Of a DNA stretch of 64,000 bases, positions 12,099 to 23,626 are shown piece after piece. Both the position numbers and the translations under genes were made by a program. The stretch covers positions 2,542,001 to 2,606,000 of the forward strand of contig OZ218953.1 in the NCBI GenBank assembly GCA_965112735.1, read 5' to 3'. The notes under the pieces are model-generated. The model saw nothing but the letters and a program-made list of their open reading frames with translations. It did no database searches and was not told where the DNA came from. Positions within the stretch are counted from its first letter, which is position 1; the number at the start of each line of letters is the position of its first letter. The stretch comes from Phaeosaccion multiseriatum. Its lineage: Eukaryota; Protista; Ochrophyta, other classes.

Positions 12099-15023
12099 GT
12101 CATGCCCATTCTCCCCATTTCCGTGTCCCACCCCCGCCCTGACTCCTCCATCGATGCTCAGAGGAGGAGCAATAGGTGGGGGAGGCGGAGGAGGTGTAGC
12201 AACGGGGTGGTTCGGCGCAGCGTCCGACCCCACCGACCCGTGCCCCTCCCCCTCTCGTGTTGCCGTGTCTCTCGTCTTCTTCTTATCGTCCACTTCCCGC
12301 TTCAGTGCCATGGCCAGGTATCTCCCCGTCGCTGCTCGGTACGCGAGCTCTCGCTCCAGCCTCGCCCTCTCCTCCATCAACTTCTCCACGCTGAGATTCT
12401 CCTTCGTTCTGACAGGGGCCTCAGTCGCAGCAGCAGCCGCTGCGCTCGCCGCGCCTCCTCCCCTCGTCGAGATGGACGGCACACCTTTCCCCGTCCCTCC
12501 TGCGACGGAGGCGGCAGCCGTGTCCACAGCATTGCTACTCCGGGTATGGGGATGGGGCCCGTTGAGCGTACTCCTCCTGACCATGCTGCCTCTGGCCAAG
12601 CTGACTGGGGTAGAGGTCTGTGTCTCCCGTCGTTGCCCGTGACCAGCAGCAATAGGCACAGCCAGTGGGGTTCTTACGGCTGCCACCTCCGCCTTTATCC
12701 TTTGCATGCGGCTCTTACTCGCGCGGCGGGCCAGTCGCTTCCTCTCCCGCACATCGCCTGTCGCTATCCCGGCTGCTGCTGTATCACCAACTGTCCCTCC
12801 TCCTCCTCCTCCTCCTCCTTGATCCCTCGCCGCCTGTCTCTGCCTCACCTCCTCCTCCTTGCGTTGTTGGTGGCTCGCCGCCGAGAGCTCCCTGTTCTTG
12901 ACGCTCAGCTCGTGCCGCTCTCGCAAGAGCTCTGCCATCTTCTCCCTCACGCCCGTCAGACACACGTCCTTGGCGTTGCTCTCCACCATGCAGCGGTCCA
13001 GCGTGCGCACCACTCGGCCGGCAAGATGGATGACCTCTTCCTCCTCCTCCCCCTGCTCCTTCTCCTCTCGTTTCGTTCCCGAGTAGAGCCGCGCAGCAGC
13101 CGCTCCCCTCGAGGAAGGTCGCAGGCTCTTCTTCCTTCCCCTTTGTACCACCAACTGCTGTTGCTGCTGCTGCTCCAATGCGGAGGACAGAATTACTGCC
13201 ACAGCGGCCATGTTAGCGGCCGAGCTGGCGTACGCCTCTCCAAGCTTCTTGGTCTGCTCCTCTGCCACCCTAGCTCGGCGACGAAGAAGCCCTTCCTCCT
13301 CCTCCTCCCTTCTTTCTCCCCGCTTCGTTACCGCCCGGCTGTCCCACGCCGCCGCCGCCGCCGCCGCCGCCGCCGCGGCCGCGTTGGTCGTGACCACTCC
13401 CTTCTCTTTCTCTTTCTCCTGCGTCGTCATCAGTGCTTGTTGCAGCGCCAACAGCCTCTGCTGCCCCTCCCTCACCTCCCTACTTCTCTGTTCCACCGCC
13501 TCCTTGAGCATCTCTACAAGGCCCGCAAGCCTTGCCCTCTCGGATGCCTCTGCCCCCGCCGCCCTCCTCGCCTCTACCTCTGCTGCTCGCGCCACGTCCC
13601 GCTCGCCCGTAACTCTGGTGACGGTTTCCGTGGCGGTGCTCAGATGCCGTTCTTGGGTCCTCATCGCCTAACCGTACAAAAACCAAAAAGAAGACACATG
13701 AATAAATCGAGAGAAAGAGAGAGAGAGAGAGAGAGAGTACAGAGCCGTAAGAACCCAGGCCTGGCATGACCTGCTCCCACCACTCACCCACGCCACGCAC
13801 GCACCCACCTCTCTGTGCTCCTCCTTGGCTCTGTGCAGCGTCTCATGCGCCTCTCTCAGAGCGAGTCTCTTGTCCTCCAGGTTCTCGCGCAGCACCTCCA
13901 CCTCACCCTTCCTCACGGCAAGCTCACTCCTCAGGCCCATTAGCTGCTGCTGTATCACCAACTGCTGCTGCTCGTCCTCCTTGTCCTTGCCTTTGCCAAG
14001 CTCCACCTCGGTACGTAGCCCCTGCACTTCGCTGAGAAGGGCCATCACCTGAGACACCAAGGGGGTGTCATTCCTCCCTCCTCCTCCTCCTCCTCCTCCT
14101 CGGGCTGCTGCTGATCCCAGAATGGCCAGGATGGCGCCCTTCTCCCCCTGGAACGAGGCACTCGCCTCCTCCGCCTCCTCCTCCTCCAGCCGCAGCCCCC
14201 CGCCCCCCCCGCTACCACCCCTCGTCCTCCTCCTCGTCCTCCTCCGCAACGAATGGCGGTCATCTTCATCTTCAACATGCTCATGTACAAGCGCTCTCCT
14301 CCTTCTCAGCCTGTCCAGCTCGGCCGTGGCTTCTCTAAGCCGCTCGCCGCCTAAAGCCCCTTCCACTTCAAGGCGCCTCACCTCCGCCTCCAGCATCCTC
14401 ACTTCCCCAGCCCTCCTCTCGAGGTCCTGTCGGGCGTCACCAAGATGGTGCTCTGTCTGTCGGCAGCGACGCCCAAGCTCCTCCTTCTCCTCGCGCGCCT
14501 CCCTCAGCTCTCCCTTCACCTCCGCAAGCCGTCGCTTGCTTTGCCGCGCTTCCCATCGCCTTTCCTCCTCGGCTTCCTCCACCTGCAGTCGGCCGTAGTG
14601 CGCTGCTGGAGGCATCACTTGCTGCTGCTCGCCTCCCCCACCCGACACAGCTGGCGCTGCGGCCAAGGCTCTCTGCTCCGACTCTCTACATCGCTCCCGA
14701 AGAAGGGTGGACTCTTCTCGCTCCCTCTGTTGCTCGGCTCGAAGGTCGCGAAGTTGGGCCCTCAGCTCGTCGAGCAGCCCATCCCTCTCGCGTGCTTGCT
14801 CCACAAGGTGTGTCATGTGCTCTTCCTCCACTACCACCTCCTCCTCCTCCTCCTCCTCCTTCTCCTCCTCCTCCTCCTCCTCCTCCTCCTTCTCCTCCTC
14901 CTCCTCCTCCTCCTCCTCCTCCTCCTCTCCGAGTGCCTCACACTCTTCTGAGGCCCCCTTTGCCACCTCTTCTGCTGCTTCTGCGACTACTTTTTCTTCG
15001 TCTGTGACTGCAGCCGCTGCTGT

Positions 15024-15063
<40 letters not shown>

Positions 15064-18000
15064 CCAGCTGCTGCTACTGCTGCTACTGCCACTGCTTCAG
15101 ACTCCGCCGCAGAAGCGCGTGCCTTGAGCAGGGCCTCCTCCATCTCCCTCATTGCGGCCTCCCTGTCCACCCTCTCCCGGCCCAAGTCCTCCACTTGGCT
15201 CTCCAATTGCCGAATCGCCTGCAGAGCCTCCACCTCTACGCCCCTCATGCTCTGCCTCTCCTCGGCCCATACCATCTTCTCACGCAATAGAGTCTGGGCC
15301 ATTTCGATGGCAGCCTCCATCTGTGTGGCTTCCAAGGTGCTGCTACTGCTGCTCTCTCCCTTCGTGTCTGTACCTGCACCGGCGGTGGTGGCATGAGCAG
15401 CACCAGCACTAGCCCTCTCCTCCTCGAGCTCCGTGCCCTCCTCAACGCCTTGGGCGGGCTCCTCATCACCACCAGCACCAGCACCAGCAGTTGGTGATAC
15501 AGCAGGCGCAGCGACCATGGCGGTCCACAGTGCCTTCTCCATCTGCAACGCGTCGACCGTCTTCCGCTCTTGCTTGAGCTCACTCGCGAGCCCGTTTGCC
15601 TGTGCCTGCAGCAGGCCCACCTGTTCCTCCTGGAGCGCCACCACCGCTTCAAGTTGCAGACGCTTGTCGATCTCCTCCTTCAGCCTCCGGGCCAGCTCGG
15701 TCGTGATGACCGGCTCGGCGTTGCTTCTGCCCTGGCCTCCTGTCCTGTTGCTGTTGCGGGGTGGCTGAGGTGCCCCTTCCTTGTCGTTGCCAAGCTCAAC
15801 AGAGTCTTCTTCCTCTTCATCTGCCTGCCCCCCGGCGTGTGGGGTAGTTGGTACGTCCTGCTGGTGATTTACAGTTACAATCCTCCTTGGTGCTCCCCTC
15901 TCCTCTTGTCCACTCTCTTGTTCCCGTTGTTCCTCTACTGACCCCCGTCGCTGCCGCCCTTGGACACCCCCAATGTCCCCAACATCAACATCGGTCGCTT
16001 CAAGTTCAAGCCTAGCGCGAAGCTCCTCCTCGAGCCCAATACTGCCATGAGCAGTACCCTCTTCGTCAGCCCCTCCTTCCTTCAACTCCACGTGCCCCTC
16101 CCCCTCCTCCCCCTCGAAGTGGTGGTGACCTCTGCTTAGGGAACTGTTGTGGGAACTGGTGTAGGAGCTCGCAGTGCTACACGTCTCCAAGGCCATACCC
16201 CGTAAGTACTTTTGATGACGTGCCTCCTCCGATGGTACCTGCCCCCCCCCCCCCCTCCCCTCCTCCTCCTCCTCCTCCTCGGCTTCCTGCTGCTCCTGCC
16301 ACTGTCCTTCTTCCTCGACGGTCACCTCGCTCGGAAGGAGGTGGCTCGCGTCGATGTCGGTCGCCAAGCCTTCCCCTTGCACTTGCAGGGGTGTGCTTTG
16401 TGTACTACTGCTGCTAGCACTACTAGAAGTGCTCGTGGCTGCAGAAGCTTCACCGTTGTTGCTGCTGCCATCTGTTGGCCCGTGCTCAAAGAAGCCTGGG
16501 CGACGAGACTTGCGGTCCTCCTCTTCTCTAGCCATTTGTTCTTGTTCTTGTTCTTCTTGTTCTTCTCTATTCTCCTCTACCCGCGTCCACCGCTGAAAAG
16601 GCGTGGGAAAGAACCGGAGGGCTCTCACGACAGATGGCGCAGAGCCACCCCCCCCCCCCTGCCCTCCGCCCTCGCTGCCACCCACCACATCATCGAGCTC
16701 GTCTCCGAGACCCCCCACTTCTTCGTACGGGGCCGCAGTCGGAGAGGTGAGCCCGTGGCCTTTAGCAGAAACGTTTTCGTCGTTGTTGTCGTCATTGTTG
16801 TCCATACCCCACTCTCGCAGGGCTTGGACAACAGAAGGTGGGTGGGGGCGATGCCCAGCCGTAGAAGGGGTTGACCCAGGCTCAGTCTCCTCGCGCTGGT
16901 GCTGGTGCTGTGCCTGCCCTGCTTCCACTCCTTCACCTCCTCTAGCCCTCATGAGAGACTCTTGCCCGAGGGCGGAGTGGGAGGCGTTGACAGCACCATC
17001 ACCAGCCCAATGCACGTGCACGGGCGAAGCAAGGCGCAGACTGTCCCTCTTGCCTGTCTCCGCGCCCACCAAGCGGTCTGCAGAAGACAAGGCTGCTACT
17101 GACTCGTGCATCCGCACCACCGCTTGTTGCTCTTGTACGCTCCTCGACATGCGGTTGTTATCGCCTCCTTCCCTTACTCCTGGTCCTTCTCCCTCTTGTC
17201 CCTCCTCACCAAGGTCTCTGAGGAGAGGTGATGGTGAAGTCAGCCGCAGCTTTTTGCGCGGCATGTTGTTGCTATCGTCGTCGCCTTGAGGAGTATCAGA
17301 GTGGAGCGGTGCATACTCCCCGTGCTCCTCCATACCCCAGAAGGTTAGCGCCTTGGTCACAGATACCGGTCGACTGGCAGACGACCGGTGGGACTTACGC
17401 CCGCCTCTGTCCTCCACCCCCCCTCTGCTGCCTTGAGGGCGCATTTGGGGCAGTAGAGGCATTGTCGCCGTCGAAGATTCAGCAACAGGCGAGGGATGGC
17501 GTAGGGACTCCACCTTCGCTGGAGACAACGGCTCCTCCTCCCTCCTCTCATGTCCATCGCTTCCTCCCTGCACCTGCTCTTCGCCTTGCTCATCACCTCG
17601 CTCTTTCTCGCCTTCCTTTCCGTCTACCGCTTCTTCTCCGACGCGTCCGCCCCTTTGATGTACCACGGAAACTCGAGGAGGTGGCGCAGGAGACGAAGAG
17701 AGTGTAGGGCGCGGGTTCCGGAGGGTCACGACACTATGCCCCCCATCATCATCACTGCTGTGTCTCCGTTGTATGAGAAGCGTCATAATAGAATCGAAGG
17801 ACATGTCTCGGGTGTCCACGTCGCCAACCTTTTCAATTACCGCGCCTATCTGCACCAACCCGCTCGCCTCGGCTGATCCGAGCTGCAGCAGGCTAACACG
17901 TCCCTCTTTCTTCTCCTCCTCCTCCTCCTCCTCCTCCTCCTCCTCCTCTCCATCCTGCTCATGACCTTCACCGCCCTCACCGACAAGGGAAGCAGCTCTA

Positions 18001-18600
18001 GAAGAGGCCTCAGAACTCATGGTGTTATCTTCACTGCCCCCATCACCCGTTCTGAAGGCAGCGAACGGAGCGCCATCGTTTCCGCCGTCACCATCGCTGA
18101 GGTAGTCATCGTACACTCCATCGCTGAACATCCGCGGTGGGGAGAAGCCCACGACAACACAGCCCGTTGCGTACCTCCCTTGGCGTTGGGCGGGGCCTGG
18201 GAAAGAGAAAGAAGCAACGAGAGAGGAGAGGGGGACATGCTTGCGTCAAAAGGACTTTTTGGCAGCATCAAGAAGTACCTGGGCCTATTTTGCGGCATCC
18301 AGCAGCACCTATTACCGATCGGCTATTGCAGGTCTCTGCTTCTCCCCCCGCCCCTCACTTACCGAGCTCCAATCCTAAGCTCCTCCTTCCCACGTAGCGC
18401 AGAGCACTGCCATCTTCATGTACGGGACCATCAAGCCCCCCTGTTGCCCTGGATGTCTCTTCCACCACCTCCCACCGCTCCTTCTGCTGGTGGTCATCCT
18501 GCTGCTGCTGCTGCTGCTGCTGCTGAGCCTTGGCCGCTACATTTACCCCTCTCCTCCTCGGGGAAAGTGCCCAACTGCCGCTTTCTCCATTAGAAACCAT
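11775..18600 (-). CDS. Very large (~2200 aa) protein: N-terminal PDZ-like domain, acidic disordered region, long coiled coils; 4 exons
   Basis: Exons 18600-~18363 (..RSLGLEL), ~18336-18279, ~18197-13809 (GCVVVGFS..AEASGLVQIGAVIEKVGDVDTRDMSFDSIMTLL..VVTLR; heptad-rich E/R/Q/L segments), ~13667-11775. Splice phases join into the 1494-aa and 629-aa ORFs. Confidence 0.75.
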
Positions 18601-18839
18601 TGCTACTGTAGAAATAGGCCTTCTTGCCCATCAATCACAGCTTCACACTCTCCACAAAGAGCCAACCCTCCTTAGACATTACTCTCCCTCCTCCACGGCT
18701 CCGGGGAAGAGCCAGAGGGCTCGGAAAACACAGACTGAGATTGGGACTCATCGAGGAGGGTTGGCCTACGCTTACGCAAGGATTACGTAATCCCGTTACA
18801 GAAGGGAAGAAAAGGGGAAGGGGAAAAAGCAGCAGCAGC

Positions 18840-19367
18840 ATGGCAAGGGGCCACGGCCATGGGAGCTTCAGTAATAAGAGACGCTCTAGCAACTACACCA
18901 GCGCTCATCGTAAGCCAAGCGCGACCCATGAGCATGCCAGAGCCGTGGCGGTGGCGGAGAAGGAGAGGCGCCGGAGCAGCCTCGCTCTCGCGGCGGCCGC
19001 TGGTGGCTTGGACTCAGATGCGGAGCCGAACGTGGTATACACGGCCTACGATGGAGGGCTGGGAGGGGAAAGACGAGCAAGCCAAGCAGGCGCAAGACGA
19101 GCAAGCCAGGCCGGCGAGAGACGAGTAAGCCAGGCAGGCGAAAGACGAGTAAGCTTGCAGGTGTTGGAGGCAGGGGGGGCTTCGCCAACGCGAGCAAAGG
19201 AGGCAGAAGATGCATTGTTCGTGGTGGCGACGGCAGGCCACCGGGAACGCATGACGGATGCGTCGTACCGCTTGTGGCTGGGATTTCCAGCGCTGTGTCT
19301 CGTGCTACTCGTCTTCGTCGTGGTCGTGGTGTTGACCTCTCTCTTTTATGCATTCACCAAGCCGTGA
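18840..19367 (+). CDS. Small intronless tail-anchored membrane protein with RRxS repeats
   Basis: MARGHGHG...; four 8-aa repeats (E/A)RR(A/V)SQAG; single C-terminal hydrophobic helix LWLGFPALCLVLLVFVVVVVLTSLFYAF followed by TKP-stop. Confidence 0.7.
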   Translation: MARGHGHGSFSNKRRSSNYTSAHRKPSATHEHARAVAVAEKERRRSSLALAAAAGGLDSDAEPNVVYTAYDGGLGGERRASQAGARRASQAGERRVSQAGERRVSLQVLEAGGASPTRAKEAEDALFVVATAGHRERMTDASYRLWLGFPALCLVLLVFVVVVVLTSLFYAFTKP

Positions 19368-20504
19368 TGGGCAGAGCGATGAGCCAGAGCGAGCAAGTGA
19401 TCGCAGTGGGACGGACAGTTTTAGCAGCAGGGCAGTGCAGGACAGGACAGAAATTTCTCGTTCCAACCAACAAAGTTACGGAGTTGAGTCGGGACGGTGT
19501 TACTGGGGAAGGTCAGGTACTCCATCGTCGGGCTTTACCGGAGAGAGAGGGATTTCTTCGTCCTCAAAATGGGTGGCAGGAATATCAATGCTTGGTGAGC
19601 GCACTCACTCTCCTTCGATGTGGCTGGGGGGAGGGAGATATCGCCATGACGTCACAGAAGAGGAGAGCCGGGGTGAAGCTAAAGCGCACGCTCTCTCGCT
19701 CTTTCCCTGACTGCACGCGATACATGAGCTCCTATCCATGATTCGTATGGCAAGCCAGGTGATCCAACACGTGTGTTGGAAGACTCTTCGCAAGCTTCTG
19801 TCTTGGCGTCCAGGGTAAGCCCGCACCACCATCAACAGGAGACAGAGAGAGAGAGGAGTTGGTTCCGATGACGCGAGGACGACGGGCCGGCCACGTCAGC
19901 CCGAACGCAGTCACGAAGTAGGGAGAGGAGCGCTTCAGCGAGCGAGTATTCCGCGCAGCGCAAAGACCAAAGGGGGCCCGCAAGGAACACCAGAGAGGGT
20001 GAGAGCGTGGATGGTACACCTCCAGTGCTGCTCTGCTGTTTCAAACCTGAGGGCCCCTTGGTCATGTGGCCAGCGTCTGCCGTAGCTCTTGCGGTCACGG
20101 CGCTGCAGCTGGAGGAGCAGAGCAGGGGCCAAGGAAGGGACGCGGCGCACCGTCCGTCCGGCACCCGAACCACTAGCAACTGCAGCAGTAGCAGTAGTAG
20201 CAGTAGTGGTGGTAGTAGTAGTAGCAGCAGCAGCAACAGCAGCAGCCCGTGTGCATGAAGCGTATGTATACTCTTTGATGGTCTTTGGGAAGGCCCAATG
20301 TTCACTATGATCATTTGGAGGTGGAATGCTATGATCAACATATAATTCAATTACAACTAGTTGCTTACGAAGTAGTTCTGAGTTTGCCGAAAAGAATTGG
20401 GTGGTGGCTGGCTCGCTGGCTGGTAGATTGAATGATTTGTCTCTCTGACTGACTGACTGACTGATTGACTGACTGACGGACCGACGGACTGACTGACTTT
20501 CATA

Positions 20505-20741
20505 TTACCAATCAATCTCTCGCGAGCTCGCGCCCCTGCTCATTCCATCAGAGTCCACAACTTCGCTGCTCTGTAGAGGCCCGTCGAGCTGCAAGTCCCT
20601 TAGCCTCCGCTCCTGCGCGAGTCAAGGAGCAAGAAAGGAAGGACAATGGAGTGAGGGGGGGCGCTGCACCAGGGCATGCATGCTCTCGCCATGGCTCTTG
20701 CGCAGGCATGCAAGTAGAAACACCAGCAAGCCGAAGGTGGA

Positions 20742-20779
<38 letters not shown>

Positions 20780-23295
20780 ACATATCCACACACAGGACCT
20801 AACGCAAGCCTCGGACACAAGACGCAGGCAAGACAAGGGACGAGGGAAGACAAACAAACGCAACACGCTACACCGTGCAGTGGACTGCATGTCCTCCTCA
20901 CTCACTTGGTAGTACTCCTTCCTGTCGAGGGCCTGATTGTCCTGCCTGCACCAAGCCATGACGTGCTCCAGAGCCATACTCTCTGCGGTGCGGATCCTGG
21001 TGAGCAGGGCAAGACGGTCGGGATCCATACTTGCAGGGGGCTCTGCCTCGTCTGCCGTCAGCTTCATGCGCGTGAGCTCTGCATCGCACCGCTCGAGCAG
21101 CAGCCCGTTGACCGCAGCCTCGTTGCTTGCCGAAATGGGCTCTGTGCAGAACTCCCAAACTTCGTCGATGAAGACGGCCTCGAGCATGAACGAGTCCGCC
21201 ACTGCAAGCTCCCGCAATCGCAGGAACTGGATCATCTGTCGGAGGTAAGAGGAGTGGAGGGGTGGAGCGGGGTGGGGTAGAGAAGCATTCGGGGTTGGGG
21301 TGTGGAGTGGAAGGTGGTAGGCAGTGTCGGGTTGGGTTGTCTTGCGGGGTGTTTTTGTGCAAGACATTGCGAGAAGAAGGCGGGGAGGTTAAAAGAGAAC
21401 AAACAAAATCAGGAGAGCAAAGAGGCAAGAAAGAGAGGGAGAGAGGCAGGCCTCCATGCTCGAGAGATGCTTGTACGTGCGTGCACATGTCCCCCTCTCC
21501 CCTGCCCTCCCCTCCCCTGCCTCTCTCCCTCACTCCTTCCTCCCCTCCCTCCCCTCGACAATTCCTCGCTCACCTCTGGGTCGGGCTCCCCCGTGCTACT
21601 CAAATCGAAGCGTGTCTCTGACTCGAGGCCCAGGTCCTCCAGCACTCGAATCTTGTCATTGATGAAGCGATCCCCCTCCTTAAGACCAAACTCCATTTCA
21701 CACGTAATCTCCTTGTAGCCGGGCGGCAAGACGTTGCCCCTGCTAACGTCCTCCACGCCCCCGTTCTCCTCCAAGTAGGCCTGCGCGTTTTGGGACACTT
21801 TGTTCATGGCGTCGGAGAACATTCCCCTCATACCACCCTGGGCTTCCGCTTCGTCCTCGCCGGCACCCGCACCCACAGCAGCATCAGCAGCAGAGCCGCT
21901 TTCCCCTCCTCCTTCTCCTCCTCCTCCTCCTCCTCCTGCCCCCTCCTCCTGTTCCCCTTCGCCCTCCTCTGATACCGCCACGAAACCGCTTTCCTCGAGG
22001 TAGGCCGCCGCCCCCTTGGGTCCGTAGCTGATAAACAACTCCTCCCCCGGTTGCAAGGCCTCCGACGACTGCAGACGCACCCCCCGCCCCCCAAAGATGC
22101 CCAACCCCGTGCTGGAGGGCTCTCGCGTACTCGAGGGGCTGTGGTTGGCAAAGTCCACGAGGGGAGTGAGGCGCAGCTGCCCGTCCACAAAGAACGCCCG
22201 AGACATGGCCACTCCGACGGCCCACTTGAAATTCTCCAGACTCAGCGCGTCCTCCAGCTGAATGCCGGCCTTCTCTATGGCCTTGGCCGCCAGTCTGCCC
22301 TTGCCGTCGTCAGCACCGCTGGCCACCACCTCCAGCACGTTCCTGCGGATCCAGTCGTGGTCTTCAGAGACGTCCTCCCGCAGGGCCATGAAACCGCGTG
22401 TGGTGCAGCCCTCGGCATAGGACACTTCGTCCGCTGACCAAAAGAGGGGGAGGTGGTCGAGTTCACCCGCTTGGGGCAGGACCTCGAGCCAGGGGTGCAG
22501 GGGGGAAGCGGCGCCCTGGCTCTTCTCCCAAAGCAGATGCAGGGCTATCAGCCCGGTGTCTCCTGTCCACCCTTCCCAATCCTGGAAGGAAGCAGAATGA
22601 GAGTCAGAGAGGAAGAGGATACGAAGAGACATGGGTTAGGGAGGTGGTGGCGGGGTGGCTGATCGGGAAGTAAAATTATTGCCTCGCTACTTCACTGCTC
22701 ACTCACTCAGCCAGCTCAAGGAGACCTAGGATTGCCTCACTTGCTTATTGCTCACTGCTCACACACTCACCATCAGATACGGCCCGAGAGGACCCTTCAG
22801 CACGTTTTCTGCAGTGATGCAGGCATTCAGCGGCACCAGGACGCACTGCTCCCCCTTCTCAATTGCACGCGTGGCGATCAAGCCCAGGCCCAGGCTTTCG
22901 CCAGAGGGAGAGAGCCCGACTTTGACATGCGTCGAGTCCTTCACATTATTGCTCGCCAACCATTTGGCAAAGGCGTCCAGCTTCGCCTGGTCGGCCCGCC
23001 CTGTTCCCCCCAAGCTGCTGCTACCGCTGCTACTGTGCCTTCTACTGCTGCGCCTGCTGCCGCTCCGATTGCGCGTCCCTAAGGCACAAAAATTTCGACG
23101 CCCACTGTGGCTGCTGTGGCTCCAGCTGCCGCCGCTCAACCTTCTGTAATCATCATGAGTGCCTCTACTACTCCTACTGCTACTACAGCTGCGGCATCCG
23201 TTCCCGGCACTAATCGAGGGTGCGACCCACGCATCTCCACCAGGAAGTAACAGCACTACCGCGGTGGCAACCAGGACTGCCGCTGGGAGGCTCAT
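20505..23295 (-). CDS. Plastid SET-domain lysine methyltransferase, Rubisco LSMT/aldolase methyltransferase family; 4 exons
   Basis: Presequence MSLPAAVLVATAVVLLLPGGDA-W; GLGLIATRAIEKGE..VP; PWLEVLP..PLFWS; FKWAVGVAMSRAF; LTPLVDFANH; GEELFISYG; MIQFLRL; PISASNE; C-terminal EYYQ|ERRLRDL typical of LSMT. Exons 23295-~22774, ~22581-21572, ~21236-20907, ~20612-20505. Confidence 0.9.
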
Positions 23296-23626
23296 TTTAT
23301 AGAACAACGTGCCGCTTGATTGGGAGGAGGAGGAGAAGAAGAAATACGCAGGGGCCGAACCGAAACTGAAACTGGCGTTACGTGGAATCTCCCTTCCCAA
23401 CCCGGACAAGTGATGTATGCCTAGCTAGAGCTTTAGAGCTGTGGATGGGGAAGGTGAGGAGGGAAGTCGGCAGATGAGGGAGCCTAGAGGAAGTGGTATC
23501 CTCAAAAGCGGGCAAACGCCCAGATGTGACCGCCACCAAATGAGAATGGTTGGCCCGATTTGAGGGACCGAGGAGGCTTGTCCCTTCCTCATCCCCTGGA
23601 GCCCTGAAGGGGTAAGCCCACGACCG

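Noticed and set aside
12027-13769. Long antisense ORFs (580 aa here; also 9663-10877, 27491-28885, 2253-3212)
   Set aside because: Shadow ORFs opposite GC-rich real exons.
19400-20450. Possible small minus-strand gene (ORFs 19832-20350, 19732-20019)
   Set aside because: Poly-Leu comes from a CTG/CTA microsatellite; no consistent splice model or homology. Likely 3'UTRs of convergent genes.
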